Shown here piece by piece: positions 1-11,100 of a stretch of DNA of 64,000 bases. A program made the position numbers and the translations under genes. This DNA comes from Raillietiella orientalis (taxonomy: Eukaryota): positions 3,348,001 through 3,412,000 of the forward strand of contig JAYWIR010000006.1 in assembly GCA_036172245.1 (NCBI GenBank). Direction: 5' to 3'. How positions within the stretch are numbered: position 1 is the stretch's first letter; every line of letters begins with the position of its first letter. The notes under the pieces were generated by a model. That model searched no databases. It was not told the origin of the DNA and was given only the letters and a program-made list of their open reading frames with translations.

Positions 1-159
1 TTGTTGCGGCTTATCTGCTGATTTTTAAGGCTGAAGCGAAAAGTGGTCCAATGTAATCAGCATACACGATCGCGGTATACGAGAGGAACGTCGCAAGAGC
101 CATATCTTCTTCAGGGATGCCTTTGTTCCCAGTTGGACGCGCTCTCTGACCAGCTGGCC

Positions 160-1351
160 AGATGATGAAAATCCTTTAGGTTCTTCTGCTTCCTTCAGGC
201 TTTTTTTCTTTTTATTCTTTCGGGTTTTCTGTTTCGGTTTGCCAAGTGCTGAGGAACTGTTCGCCTCCTCAAGGGGGACTCGCGAAATTCATTAACCCTT
301 TGGCTGCGGAGCTCATCGGACTAAAATGTTCCGTGTTAACGTTCCGCGTGTCGCAGTGGCCATCCCTGTAGACGGAATGCTTTTTCGCGTACAGCGTGCA
401 CGATCGAGGTACCGACTGACTACATAAAGAGCTGATCAAAGTCACTATTGTAATTGTTTATTCACATCGCATTAGATGGAATATTTCCATTTTTCCCAAA
501 TATACAGCATTTATTCAAAAATTATAATTATAATTCGGATAAACCAAAATAATTCATGCACATTTTTAAGATATCACAAAGGCAAAAAACAATATAATAG
601 ATTCTATATGACACCGAGAAAAATCGAGAATCGCGCGGTCGGTATGAGTAGAATTTTGTTTATTGTCGTTGCTAAGGGAACTAACTTTAAGAACGCAAGC
701 AACTTATGCGTTCATCTGAAACATGGATAGTGCTAGCTTATACAAGGTGAAAACATTTGCCAGACGCATAGATGTGTCCATGGCACTCAACGCTGTCCAC
801 GCCACCCGAGGGTCTGTTCCGCTCTTCAAGTTATAGGAGGCAACCCCGGATGAACCACCCTATAAATCCAGGAACGTTCCGGAGGAGGGAAACCCTGTAC
901 GCTTCGTGGGGGGAACCCCGAAGGGAATCCTCGCCCTGGTTGTCTCTGAAGGGACCTCCCGGAGGGGATCATTGCTCATTTCTTTTTTAGAGGAACCCGC
1001 AAGGGGACCTTCCCTTCTTTCCTCCTCCTCGAAGAGAACCCCGAAGGGACGCTCCCCGAAGAAAGCAGAGCGCTCCTCGACACTCTGGAGAGCCCCGAAG
1101 GGGATTTCCTCCGGTTACGAAAATGACATCGGTTTTTGGAAGGACCCCAGAAGCTCAACTTCCCACCCCGGCCAGCCAGCGAAGCATCCGGTTGCCACCA
1201 GTGCCACAGGCGTCGCCCTGCAGCGGGGACTCGAAACCCACAACGCGTCCCCCGTTCGCATCGTCGACCCCCCCCCCCTCCCCGGGCGGGATTCGAACTC
1301 CCGACGCTTGGTGTCACGCGCGGAGACGGCAGCCACGCGCTCGCTAACGCG
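160..1351 (-). mobile_element. tRNA-derived SINE-like element, copy 1, interrupted by a piggyBac MITE at 296-790
   Basis: Minus-strand head CGCGTTAGCG...GAGTTCGAATCCC (B box 1288-1300). The body matches the other copies. 160-295 and 791 onward join into the sequence that is contiguous in copy 3 (~32330-32370). Confidence 0.8.
296..790. mobile_element. piggyBac-type MITE, copy 1 (right terminus damaged)
   Basis: TTAA(292-295)|CCCTTTG left end. Colinear with 42128-42667 (e.g. CGATCGAGGTACCGACTGAC, CATCTGAAACATGGATAGT, CATTTGCCAGACGC). Ends GCACTCAA, lacking AGGG+TTAA. Confidence 0.85.
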
Positions 1352-2847
1352 TGCACGGTGGTCATCGGCATGACAGTCACGTGCTTGTCTTGGGATGGGG
1401 GCGCAGGCCCTCCCGTTTGGAGAGGACGGCCGAAGAGGCTTCGCCTTGAAAAACCGGCAATGTGGAGCTGCGGGGGCGTAGGCTCGCCTCCTGAGTGCTT
1501 TGCGTACGAAGCGCTGGAAAGGTAGCGCTTGAGCATTTTGATGTTCTGGTAACAGAGAATCTCTCCACTGAGACCTGCGGGTCATGTTCCCGTTTGTTGT
1601 GTCTGGAGCGGTCTTGGGCATGACGTCCACGTCGCCAATTTTGTTCCACCCGTGTTCATGTATTCGCCTCGACCACCCCACCGTCGCCCTCTATAGCTTT
1701 GGTTGCGGAATAGACGGTGAAGCCCGAGGCAGCAGCATGGGCAGAAAACGTCGACTGGAGGCGGACTCCCGCGGTGAACTCCGGAATGTCGTAGCCTCGG
1801 GAGCGCTCGAGCAGGAAGTTTGGCACGGTGGTGAGAGACTGCGGTGCCGAGGAAAAGACCAAGGGCTCCAACTCCGGTGGACCCCTCGCCACGGAGCCCT
1901 CGAACACTGCCGCAGGGCAGCTCTCCTCCAGAGACTCCAGGGAGACGCAGCGGCACGAGGCGTGGGAAGTTCCCCGCTCCAGGTATCTTCGCGTAGTCCC
2001 AAAACCAGCTTCAGAGAGCGCTCTCTGCCGTGGACCACACCGCTCTGACACCGGACCGTTGAAGAAAAAGCTGTGCCGCAGTCTGAAGGGGCGTCCGCAA
2101 GTCCTGAGCGTAAGCGCCAGTTTGCGGGCGCGCTCTGGGACTGCGCCGGAGTGGGAGGACGAGGGCTGCAGACTAATCTTGGGGTCTCGACCACTCGCTT
2201 CCTCCGAACAACCCCCCGAGGGTCGGATGCTCGCCTCTTTGTCTTCTTCGGCTGCCGAGCGCTCGCCGAGCAGAGCTTGGAAACCGCGTCCTGGGAACCA
2301 AACAAGGAATGAAACTCAGGGACGCTTTAGCGACTCTCCTGTCCAATTCTATTGCAGCTTCGCTTCGAAAGACACAGGGACTTCTTTTGCGCGCGCATCC
2401 TCACCAGTCCCCGGTGACCGTCGTCCTCCTTCACAAAGTGACTCCTCCTCCCAAGTGCGGTGGCCCGATCACCAGAGGTGCGTCGCCGACAGGAAATCTG
2501 CTGTGACGGATGCTACTAGATGGGGGACCCGTCCCGTCCACTGCTTCCAGGCAACGGAAGCTGCGGGAGGGCCGCGTTCAGCAAGCCGAATGGAGACCGT
2601 CGCCGCTGGAATCGATAAGGGCGGGAGGCCAACTCGTTCCCGCTCGCGTCTCCCGGAGTTCCTCTCCCAACCGAACGGAGCAGCTGAGCCGCGCTCGTGG
2701 CAAACGGGACTTGTCCAGAACGGGAGCCATCGGCACGCCGACCCAAGGCGCTGCACCTCCATCATTCATCAGCGGCAGCGGCCCTGCTCATCCGTTCCTC
2801 GTTCGAGCGCATTCCTGATGGGATTTCTGGGTCTCGTCTTGGTCCTC

Positions 2848-3010
2848 AAGAAGGAGGAGACGAGGGAGAGGAAAGGGAGGAAGAAGGAAGGAAGAGGAAG
2901 AGGAAGAGGGAGGGAGGGAGGGAGAAGAAGAGGAAGAAGAGGAAGGAAGGAGGAGGAAAAAGGAGGAGAGAGAAGGAAGAGGGAGGAAAAAAAAGGATAG
3001 AGGAAGGCAG
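2848..3010. repeat. Polypurine (GGA/GAA) tract; similar tracts at ~25700-25820, 29030-29195, 34600-34670
   Basis: About 160 nt of almost only G and A on the plus strand. Confidence 0.9.
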
Positions 3011-3523
3011 TACCTCCGGAACGTCGTAAAGGAGATGAGAAGCCAATGCATTCCAAGCTAGGAGTGCTCCTTTTCTCTCCGGAAGAGGGCGGGAGGCGAA
3101 TCCTTAGTCTCATCGGCTAGAGACCGGGGAGTGCTCCAACAGCAAGCGGGTCGCTGTGTTGAGGGGCTGCATGTAAAGGGAGAAGGGGGAAGAGAGGCCT
3201 CAGAGTCAGGGAAGCGGGAATCCCCTGGAAGGGGTCGTGTCGCCGGTCTGCTCTCCAAGAGCTTCCCCATCCCAATAAATGGACTGGAGTGGTGCTGGGT
3301 GGAAACTCGGACGACGTTCGCGGTCGCCCTGGATGTTCCTCTCTCTCGAGCCAGATCGAGACGGCCGTGCCGGGCATCAGGTGCAGCTCTGCTCCAGCGG
3401 TGGTCCCTTGCACGCAGTTGCTCAGACGAAAGCGCGCTTTGAGCGTAGGCTCACCCGCCGCCTCGCTCCACTGCGATGCAGACGGTCCGGTCATTCCTCC
3501 GGGCATGCCACCGGGCATACCAG

Positions 3524-4463
3524 CCCGTGTCGGAGGCCTTGTAGTTAAGGCTTCCGCGTGTGGCACCATGCGTCGCGAGTTCGAATACTTCGGCAGAAAC
3601 TCTGACGCCACTGCGTCGTCGGGTTCCGAGTTTCTCCTGCAATGGCGCTGGTTGGCCTAATCATTCGGGCGTGGCACCAGCGGTGGATAAAGCCGGAGGC
3701 CTCCCGATGAAGGCCGGAACAATGGGAGTCGACCTTCGGGTCCTCCCAGGAATAAAGGAGTGGGGAGTTCCCCCTCCGTTCGTGCAACGGAGAGCGGATC
3801 CCCCTCACCGGGGGTCCCTCCGAGTCGTCGCCTCTTCACAGAGTGCACAAGGAAGCAAGCGAGAGCGATTCCCTGCGGGAAGCTGCAGCGTCCCTTCTGA
3901 GTTTCGGAAGCGTCCCTTCGGGGTTCTCTTCAGAGTAGCGAACAGGAGTGGTTAACTTGCGGGTTCCCTTCGGAGAAGAAATTCCTACAAGCAGATCCTT
4001 TCCGGGTTCCCTTCGGAGAAGAAAAAATGGAGAGGACCACCCCCCTCCCAGGGGGTGTCCCTCCGGAGAGAATGAGGAAGGAGATTCTTTTCGGCGTTCC
4101 CCTCCGGAGACAACCAGGGTGGGAGGTGCGATTCCCCCATCCGGGGGGGACCCTCCCCAAGCGTGAGAGGCACGGACTCCGAGCCCTTCCTGGATTCATA
4201 GGGCGGACCCCTTCCGGGGTGCCCCTATCCTGAAGAATTACACTGAAGAATTACCCGCCCCCCCTGCGGGTTGCCGCGGGCGGACAGGCGTGAAAACAAA
4301 ACAGTGTGTTAATGTTTAAAAAGAGCCACGCGCGCCGCGAGGCACGCGACCGGCTCTGAGGTGCTTAGCGAACCAAAAAAAAGAAAACTCTTAAAAAAAA
4401 AAGCTGGAAGGAAAACAGAGAAGACAGAAGAAAAAGAAGAACCCAGGGATTTCCATCGTCCTA
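3524..4463 (+). mobile_element. tRNA-derived SINE-like element, copy 2 (near full length, ~940 bp)
   Basis: A-box-like TGTAGTTAAGG (3540-3550), B box GAGTTCGAATAC (3577-3588), internal ~45-nt repeats, A-rich 3' part ending GGATTTCCATCGTCCTA. Colinear with copy 5. Confidence 0.85.
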
Positions 4464-7166
4464 AGGCCATTAGGCAGGTGGAGTGCTCCAGAATGCCCCT
4501 CGCTTTTTGACTGCTGCTGCTGCGGAGGAGGAGGAGGAAGAGTCGTGCGTCATCCATCCAAGCCCGCTGGAGGCATCCGGCGCCCTAGACCCGCTGGAGG
4601 TCCCCATGAAAGGTTATTCCGTCTCCATCTGCCCCACTGCTTCACCCGCACCAGTCCAGTGACGGCGTGCGTTATGGTCGGCCGCATAGAAGGGAGGCGA
4701 ATAAAGGCCACGGGACCCCAGTTCGAGGAATCCCACGGAGAGCAGTGGTTCTTTATCAAAAGGCGCTCTCTGCTCGAGGCGATGACCATATGCCGCGCTT
4801 CAGATCGCTTGGGGACTCTGGCCATCTCCTTGTTGTCGAGGTAGGCCTCCCGCACGCTCCGGGGGAGGGAAGGAGGGGATAGCCAGGAAGCAGACGGGAG
4901 ATCCGCCCTGCCCGTGTTCCGTCAGGTTCCGTGCCTAGTCGGAGGCGCTAACCGGTTCTGCACCGGTTAGCGCCGCGCCTCCAACCGCCGCAGGCAGCCG
5001 GGAGACTCGCAGGTGCGTGCGAGGTCCGCCTCCCCCGTGGTGCCGGGGCAGCGCAAGGGAGTGGACGACTCTCGGTCATCGATTTGACCCCTCCCTCAGA
5101 GAAGGTGGTTTGATCGGACGGGAGCCAGGATCGTCCGTGACAATCGACGCTTCAGATGGGTGGGGTGGGGGGTCCAGATGATGACCGGAGGCGAAACCCG
5201 CCAACCCCTCCAAAAACGTCTATAGCCTGTGGATCTTCCTCGCCTCCTTGATGACCTCCATCGCAGCTCACTAGGCCCTGGTATTCCGCGGAGGCTGCCC
5301 CTCTGAAATGGAATATGCTGGAGAGTGCACCAGTTCTCTTGTGTTTCCTGTATTAGGCTCTTGGGGGACTTCGGTTCCCTGAGTCCTCACCGCATTCCAC
5401 GGTCGTGGGAGGGCAGTGGCGACGATCGCTCTGTCCGAGTGAATACTGGCGCTCCCATCCAGAGAAACCGAACAGCATCGGCTCCCTTTTTTTCGCCTTG
5501 CCACCCCTGATTCTGCGGAGGAGGATTTGCAGGGGAGGATCACATCCCACTATACCGCTCTTCCAGCCAGTCGGGAACATTGAGTGGTCGTAGCATTGAA
5601 TGTGCTGTGGGAACGGGTCGACCAGAGTCCACTAGCTCATTGATACTGCTGAGGAACCACACGCTCCACCCTTCCTTGTCGGGCACCGAAGAGTCAGTCC
5701 TTGGGATTCTCTTCCATTCTCATAAAGTCACTGGGATGCTGGGCGTGGGAATGGTGATGTCCTGCAAAGGTTTCAGGAACCCAGGTGCTAAGGAATGGAC
5801 GCGACCTTGCTATGGAAGACGACGGTGCTGACGTCCAACGTCCAGCACAAAGCCGGGACATCCACCCACGTAATGGCAATGTCCAGAGCAGGGATTTTGG
5901 CCCAAAGGTGACGAGAGGAAGGCCGTGGGTTCGTATCCCAGCTGCCTACTTTTCAATCTTTAAATGGGATCAGCTGTTGGCTCTTCCCCAGTTCTTATTG
6001 GGGAGAGTCAGAAAAGCCTTCGAAAGTCTGTAGCAGACCCTTCTCACTCATCTCCCCCTTCTCTCTCGACAGGAAACTCAGTAGGGAAAGGAGGCATCCA
6101 TCTACCAATTAGGGACCTCTCGGGGGTCAAGCGATGCCAAATCATCGATCACAAGCGACTTTGGATGCGGAGGGGAAAAACCCGGAAGCTCCATGAAAGC
6201 CCCTGGTCTGCCCATCGCGGTGCTCGTGAAGAGCGCGATTTTGTTGCTGACTTCCTGCAGCCTTGCTCCGGAGAGTGGCTGAGGTAGACTGGGTCCACGC
6301 GACAGCCTGCTTCGTCCTCCCCCGTAACGAATGACGCCACACAACGACGTGTTTTCCCCATAAGTGGTAATTTTTTCCTCTCGGAATCCCCCCTCCTTTG
6401 GGCGCCCGTCACCATCTTCGCCCGCTGCGTGAAGAGATCAAGGAATATTTTCCCAGGGAAACGTCTCGACTTTTGGGCCGCATCCAGTTTTGGATTTCGG
6501 AGCTTCTCTCCAAGGATGGGTCGGTTTGGAGGAGGAGAATGCGTTGAAACCATCGCCGCAGCGGGAGTGCGCGGCTGCGCCATCTACAAGCGACGGTGGA
6601 TCCGAAACTTTCGTGGCGTTTCCAGGGGCGGGTCGAGTCACAAAAAGTCGCTTCCTCTTTCCCGGGGCCTCAGCTGCGGACTTCATCCTGGTGGCTGGCT
6701 GCCCTTCCCAGATGGTTCCTCGAACCGCGGCCTCCCCGCCGTTTCACTTCCCGATCCAAAACGAATGCGGCCGGAAAATTTTGGCAATCCCACTGAACCA
6801 GATCGTACGACCTTCGTGCCGGAATCAGGCTCATTTTCGTGGGCGGATGGGGAGTCCCCTCCCCCTACTCGATAGGTTTTTTGGAGCGGATGGGATCTCT
6901 GACTCAGAGAAGATCGACGGAGCGTGCTTGCTGCTCGTTTTGGGCATCCTTGAGAACGTAGTTGCTAAACGGCGAACGAGAGGAACGAGAGGCGCAGAAA
7001 TTCGTAGTGCCCACCCCACGGAGGGACTCTTACGAGAGATCACGTACAAAGAGACCACCAGCACCTCCCGAAAGACTCAGTCCTGTGGAGGCAAGTAGTG
7101 AGCTCTCCAACAGAGGAAACGCTGCTGAAGTCTCCACGAATGACTTTTAGCTTTCCCATTTTTACC

Positions 7167-7515
7167 TTTATTTATTTCTTTTTTAGAAGAAAAAAAATCC
7201 GCCGGGATTTGGCCACTCTGGCCGTAAAAGACTAGCTGGAATTTTCCCTTCCTGGAGCGACGGCTGGGGAACCGAAATCCGGAGACCCAAGCGCAGGAAG
7301 CATTTGAGTTGGCTGAGAACCGGAAGGAAGGAGGCGCCCTGGTGGAGTTTCTCGGACCTGAGGGGGAGTCGAGGGCAGCGCGCAGCGGGGCTGAGCTCCC
7401 AGCGGAGGAAGGAAGTGTTGCCCCGAGCTGCTTGCTGCCCGGAACGGCGGGAGACTAAACGGGCGCCGTTAAGAGGGTCCAGCTATAAGTCAGACTTTCA
7501 AAGCATCATTTTATT
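7167..7515 (-). terminator. Candidate polyadenylation signals for STAC
   Basis: AATAAA on the minus strand (TTTATT on plus) at 7510-7515, 7171-7176 and 7167-7172, 0.5-0.85 kb past the stop codon. Confidence 0.3.
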
Positions 7516-8007
7516 CTTCTAAAAGGAAATCATCACGGGTAAATTCAAACAAATCAATGAGTAATGGAAGTTTCTCGTTCAGGATCGGAGTGATGACTGG
7601 TGGTTCCGTTGATGGCACAAGGTGTCGGCTTCCCGGTCTTCCCAGTGGGTCTCGCCTGGTTTCGAAAGTTCCTCGATCGTCCTGCTATTCGTCTGTGGTC
7701 TCGACCTTTAGTGCTCTCAGCTTCCTTCCCAGGCGATCCGCCACTCTCTTCCCACGTTCCTCCCTTGCGAGGGTGAGGTGGGGGCACACGGGGTTTCACA
7801 CGCGGAGGAATGGTGAGGCTCTCACGGATTGCCTTTCTTCGCCGAATCACGGAAGAAGAGGAAGGAGAAAAAAAAATGGGTGCGCAAAGGAAAAAGAACA
7901 ACTAGCGTAACGTCCGCGTCCTTGCCATCTAAATCTATCCAGGGTACTTCACAGAAGAGTGCTATTTCAGTAGCAACGTGTTGCCGCAATCCTGCCGTCA
8001 CGGCATG

Positions 8008-8109
8008 CTAAATCTCGACCAAGTACTTCGCCGGACAGATGCGTTGATGATGGTGCTCGTCGCGGACCATGGTCATGCCGCCAACCTCTTCGCTGGTCTG
8101 TATGACAAT
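8008..8109 (-). CDS. Stac: STAC terminal coding exon (end of SH3-2, stop TAG)
   Basis: Acceptor ctcttccag|ATT GTC ATA CAG; encodes IVIQTSEEVGGMTMVRDEHHHQRICPAKYLVEI*; follows a 52-nt intron (8110-8161). Confidence 0.9.
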   Translation of the reverse strand: MVIQTSEEVGGMTMVRDEHHHQRICPAKYLVEI

Positions 8110-11100
8110 CTGGAAGAGAACGCCGCTGGCGTCGGCCGGGAACGGACTCTCACGAGGGTACCTCATCTCTGTGGAGCTTGACGCTGCTGTCACCGTCCGT
8201 GACCTGCAGGTTGTGAGTCACCTGGCACACCTTCTCGTTCGGTCCGAGCTTCGTGACGTAGCGGCTGGGGAAATAACCCGTCTTCCCCAGGCACTTCCCC
8301 TTCCACCAGTCTGGGGACGTCGTGTCGGTGACTGTGACCTTGCAACCAGCTCTGCAAAAAGATCGAACGCTATGGAAGAGAACGGGAAGGGGACGAGGTG
8401 ACGTTCCCTAAGGGGGCAAATCCCACTCAAGCTATCAGGCCACAAAGGCCTTACTCTCTAGGTTCGAACGCTGCCAAGGACATCGCCCGGCTTTTTCCAG
8501 CGACCCCCAGGGTCAAGACCGCTCCCACTCTCGCAGAGAGGAGTGGGTATTTTGCACCAGGGTTTGGCTTTCGTCGTTTCTGTTTCGATGATCTCGCGCT
8601 TCCATGGTCACCTGCCGTCCCACTCAAAGAGCAGGCGGGTAGTCGCGGCAAGCGGACGAGCAAGCTGATGACCCAGGTCTGGAGGACTGCCCCTATCGAT
8701 GGCCTGTCAGGAAGCGAATGAAAGCGGAAGCCGCCTAAGGGCACCAACACGTCGCTTGCCTTCAAGGGGCCGGAAGGGGCGGTTCGGAAGATCGACAGGC
8801 AAGATGAGAGGACCGGCGCACCTCCAGAGGGGGTGCAGCGGCTCCGGCTCCGGCGGTCGTCGCAGAGTCTCCAGGACTGCTCCTGTGCATCCGAGGAGGA
8901 GCGACAAAAAGTCGAATCCCCCAGGAAAGCGCGTCGGAGAAAACTCTGGAGCCTCCGGCGGGGACGTTAGTCGGTCCTTCTTCGTCAGAGCCTTTAGCCG
9001 TGCCGTCGCCAGCGGAAGTCGTCAGTCGGTCCCTTCCTTCCCTGCGATTTGCGGAACTCCCGTCGGGCGTCACTGCGGCATTCTTCGCCAGCGTCGCATC
9101 CCGGAACGAGCTTTGGAAGCATCGGACACGGATAGCCTCCTGTAAACGAGAGGGCATCCGAAAGACGCAAGAAGAGTTGAAGGGTCATTTGAACGGAGAG
9201 GACGATAGAATCCTCTTCCTCTTTCTCTCCTCCTCCCCCGCCTGCTCGAATCCTCCTTTTCAACATCATCCTCTTATACCAAAAATTCGAACGAGGGAGC
9301 TTGGAACAGCGCGGGTATGGGAAAGCCGCGTCCAGGCAACAGCAGCGGCGGCTTCTAGTGACCATAGAGATTCGAGTTCCCTGGACAACTTGAGGATGAC
9401 GTCGTTGATGAGGAGAAGCAACCTCGTACATCCGCTCGGAAGGAAGCTGTCTGCTCATTTTCAAAGGGATGGGGTGGAGGGTGGGCAGGAGCTAGCAATC
9501 GTGTCCTGCTGGCACGGTCTGACCCTTCATTCACAGCCACTCCGTTCTCTTCTTCGCTTCTTCGCTGCCGCCATTTAACATACGAGGCCGGGAGCCTCTC
9601 GAGACGGTGTGAGACCCTTCCAGAAGAGCAGCGGGGGAGGCGGAAGGTCCACCTGCGCGGCTGGCCGTATCCACGCCCCCGGGACGCAGGCAGACGACAG
9701 CAGGGACGATACTCCCGTGTCTTGTGAAAGCGCGCGGACACGCGGGAGGTCCAGGCAATTCGCTTCGCTCGCGTGACGTCGGGCTTGCCGGTCGCAAGCA
9801 CCTTTCCAGAACGGGAGAGAGGGCACTGAGGGCAATCCGAGAGACAATCCGGAAATCCGTCGCTCCCGGTCCCTTGAAGAAATGCGGGATACCGAACGGA
9901 GCCCTAGCATTCAAGTGGCCAGTCTCCTCGGGCAGGGATGGGTGGGAGACCTTAGCTGGCCGCAATCGCTCCCTCCTAGACCCCTGGGCGTCTCCCGAAT
10001 TCGCTTGCGCGGCGGCGCTTCCGTGGTTCCACCTGGGGCTGGGGTGGAGCGGAGTTCCCGCTCTCTCCCCTCAAGGGGGGAGGCGACTGCGAGACGCTGG
10101 GAGCTGAATGGGTCCCTCCTTATTCCCTGCCCCAACGGGCCGAAAATTCCCGATCCTCTTGCTGAAAGGAAGATCTCGGTCCGGAGGGAGCGCAGTCCCG
10201 GACAGCGTTCCAACTTCCGAAAGGCGAGAGTCCCGCCGGTCGGTTCGGAAATATAGCGGCGCGAGCCCGAGAGGACTGCCTCCTCCAGGCGCTCCCGGGA
10301 CTCGTGGGGGCGGTCTCCTGGTGGTCCCGGCAGGTACCTTTCGGGTCGCCTCCCTCTCGAGTTTCCATTGGCAGGCCTCCCGGTGCCCCCACACCCACTT
10401 GACGGATGGCATGGTTCGCTGCCCATTCGGAGCAAAAAGCGGTAGCGGCCGGTCGGCCCTCCATCCCACCGAAGAAGTCACTCGGGTTCGCTGCCTGCTC
10501 TAGTGACCGATCGCCACGGTGCAGCAGCCTGAGGCACCCCAGACGATACGAGCAGACGCAAGGGTGGCTCTCCTCCTTCCGATTCTAGAGGCAAACGGAT
10601 GGGACAGTCACTCTCCCCTTGGTGGCGCCTCGACCTCCGACTGTTCTCGCCTTCTCCCGAAAGAGGGAAGTGGAAGGCGCGTCCCTTCCAGCTTGCTTCT
10701 CGATTGTCCCTCCTCGGAGAGCGATCCGGTGTAATATGGAGCCGCGAGAGGGAAAAGGGCACTCCTTGGAGGAGGCAGACGCTGGTCGCTCTCACATCGG
10801 GAAGGTCCGCCGCAGGCGCAGCTGGTCAGCAGCATGAATCTCCACGCTGCTGCCTGCACGATTGCGAAGCAACCTCGGGACTGCGCGGCGGCAACGAAGG
10901 AGAGCGGGTGCGCCTTCCACTTGCTCGAAAACGCGACCTCCCTCTCTTCCAGTCCAGGGAAGTCAATTTGAGCAGTTCTTATCCCTCGCGTCGGTGTTCC
11001 AGGGGACGTCACGACCGGACAACGGATTCCTACGTTGATCTCCTCCAAGCCTCTCGCTTCATCCACGGGGGAAAATCGCTGCTTACCTCTCTCCCGGTTT

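Noticed and set aside
1828..3000. 390-aa plus-strand ORF
   Set aside because: No domain motifs; R/S/P/A-rich composition expected of GC-rich non-coding DNA; the C-terminus is the polypurine tract.
3895..3940. Hammerhead-like CTGAAGA...CGAAAC on the minus strand of the SINE
   Set aside because: Stem II does not close correctly, stems I and III and a cleavage triplet are not evident, and it is antisense to the predicted Pol III transcript.
3900..4200. CRISPR-like repeat-spacer pattern
   Set aside because: The units are degenerate, the spacers are shared between dispersed copies, the context is eukaryotic and there are no cas genes.
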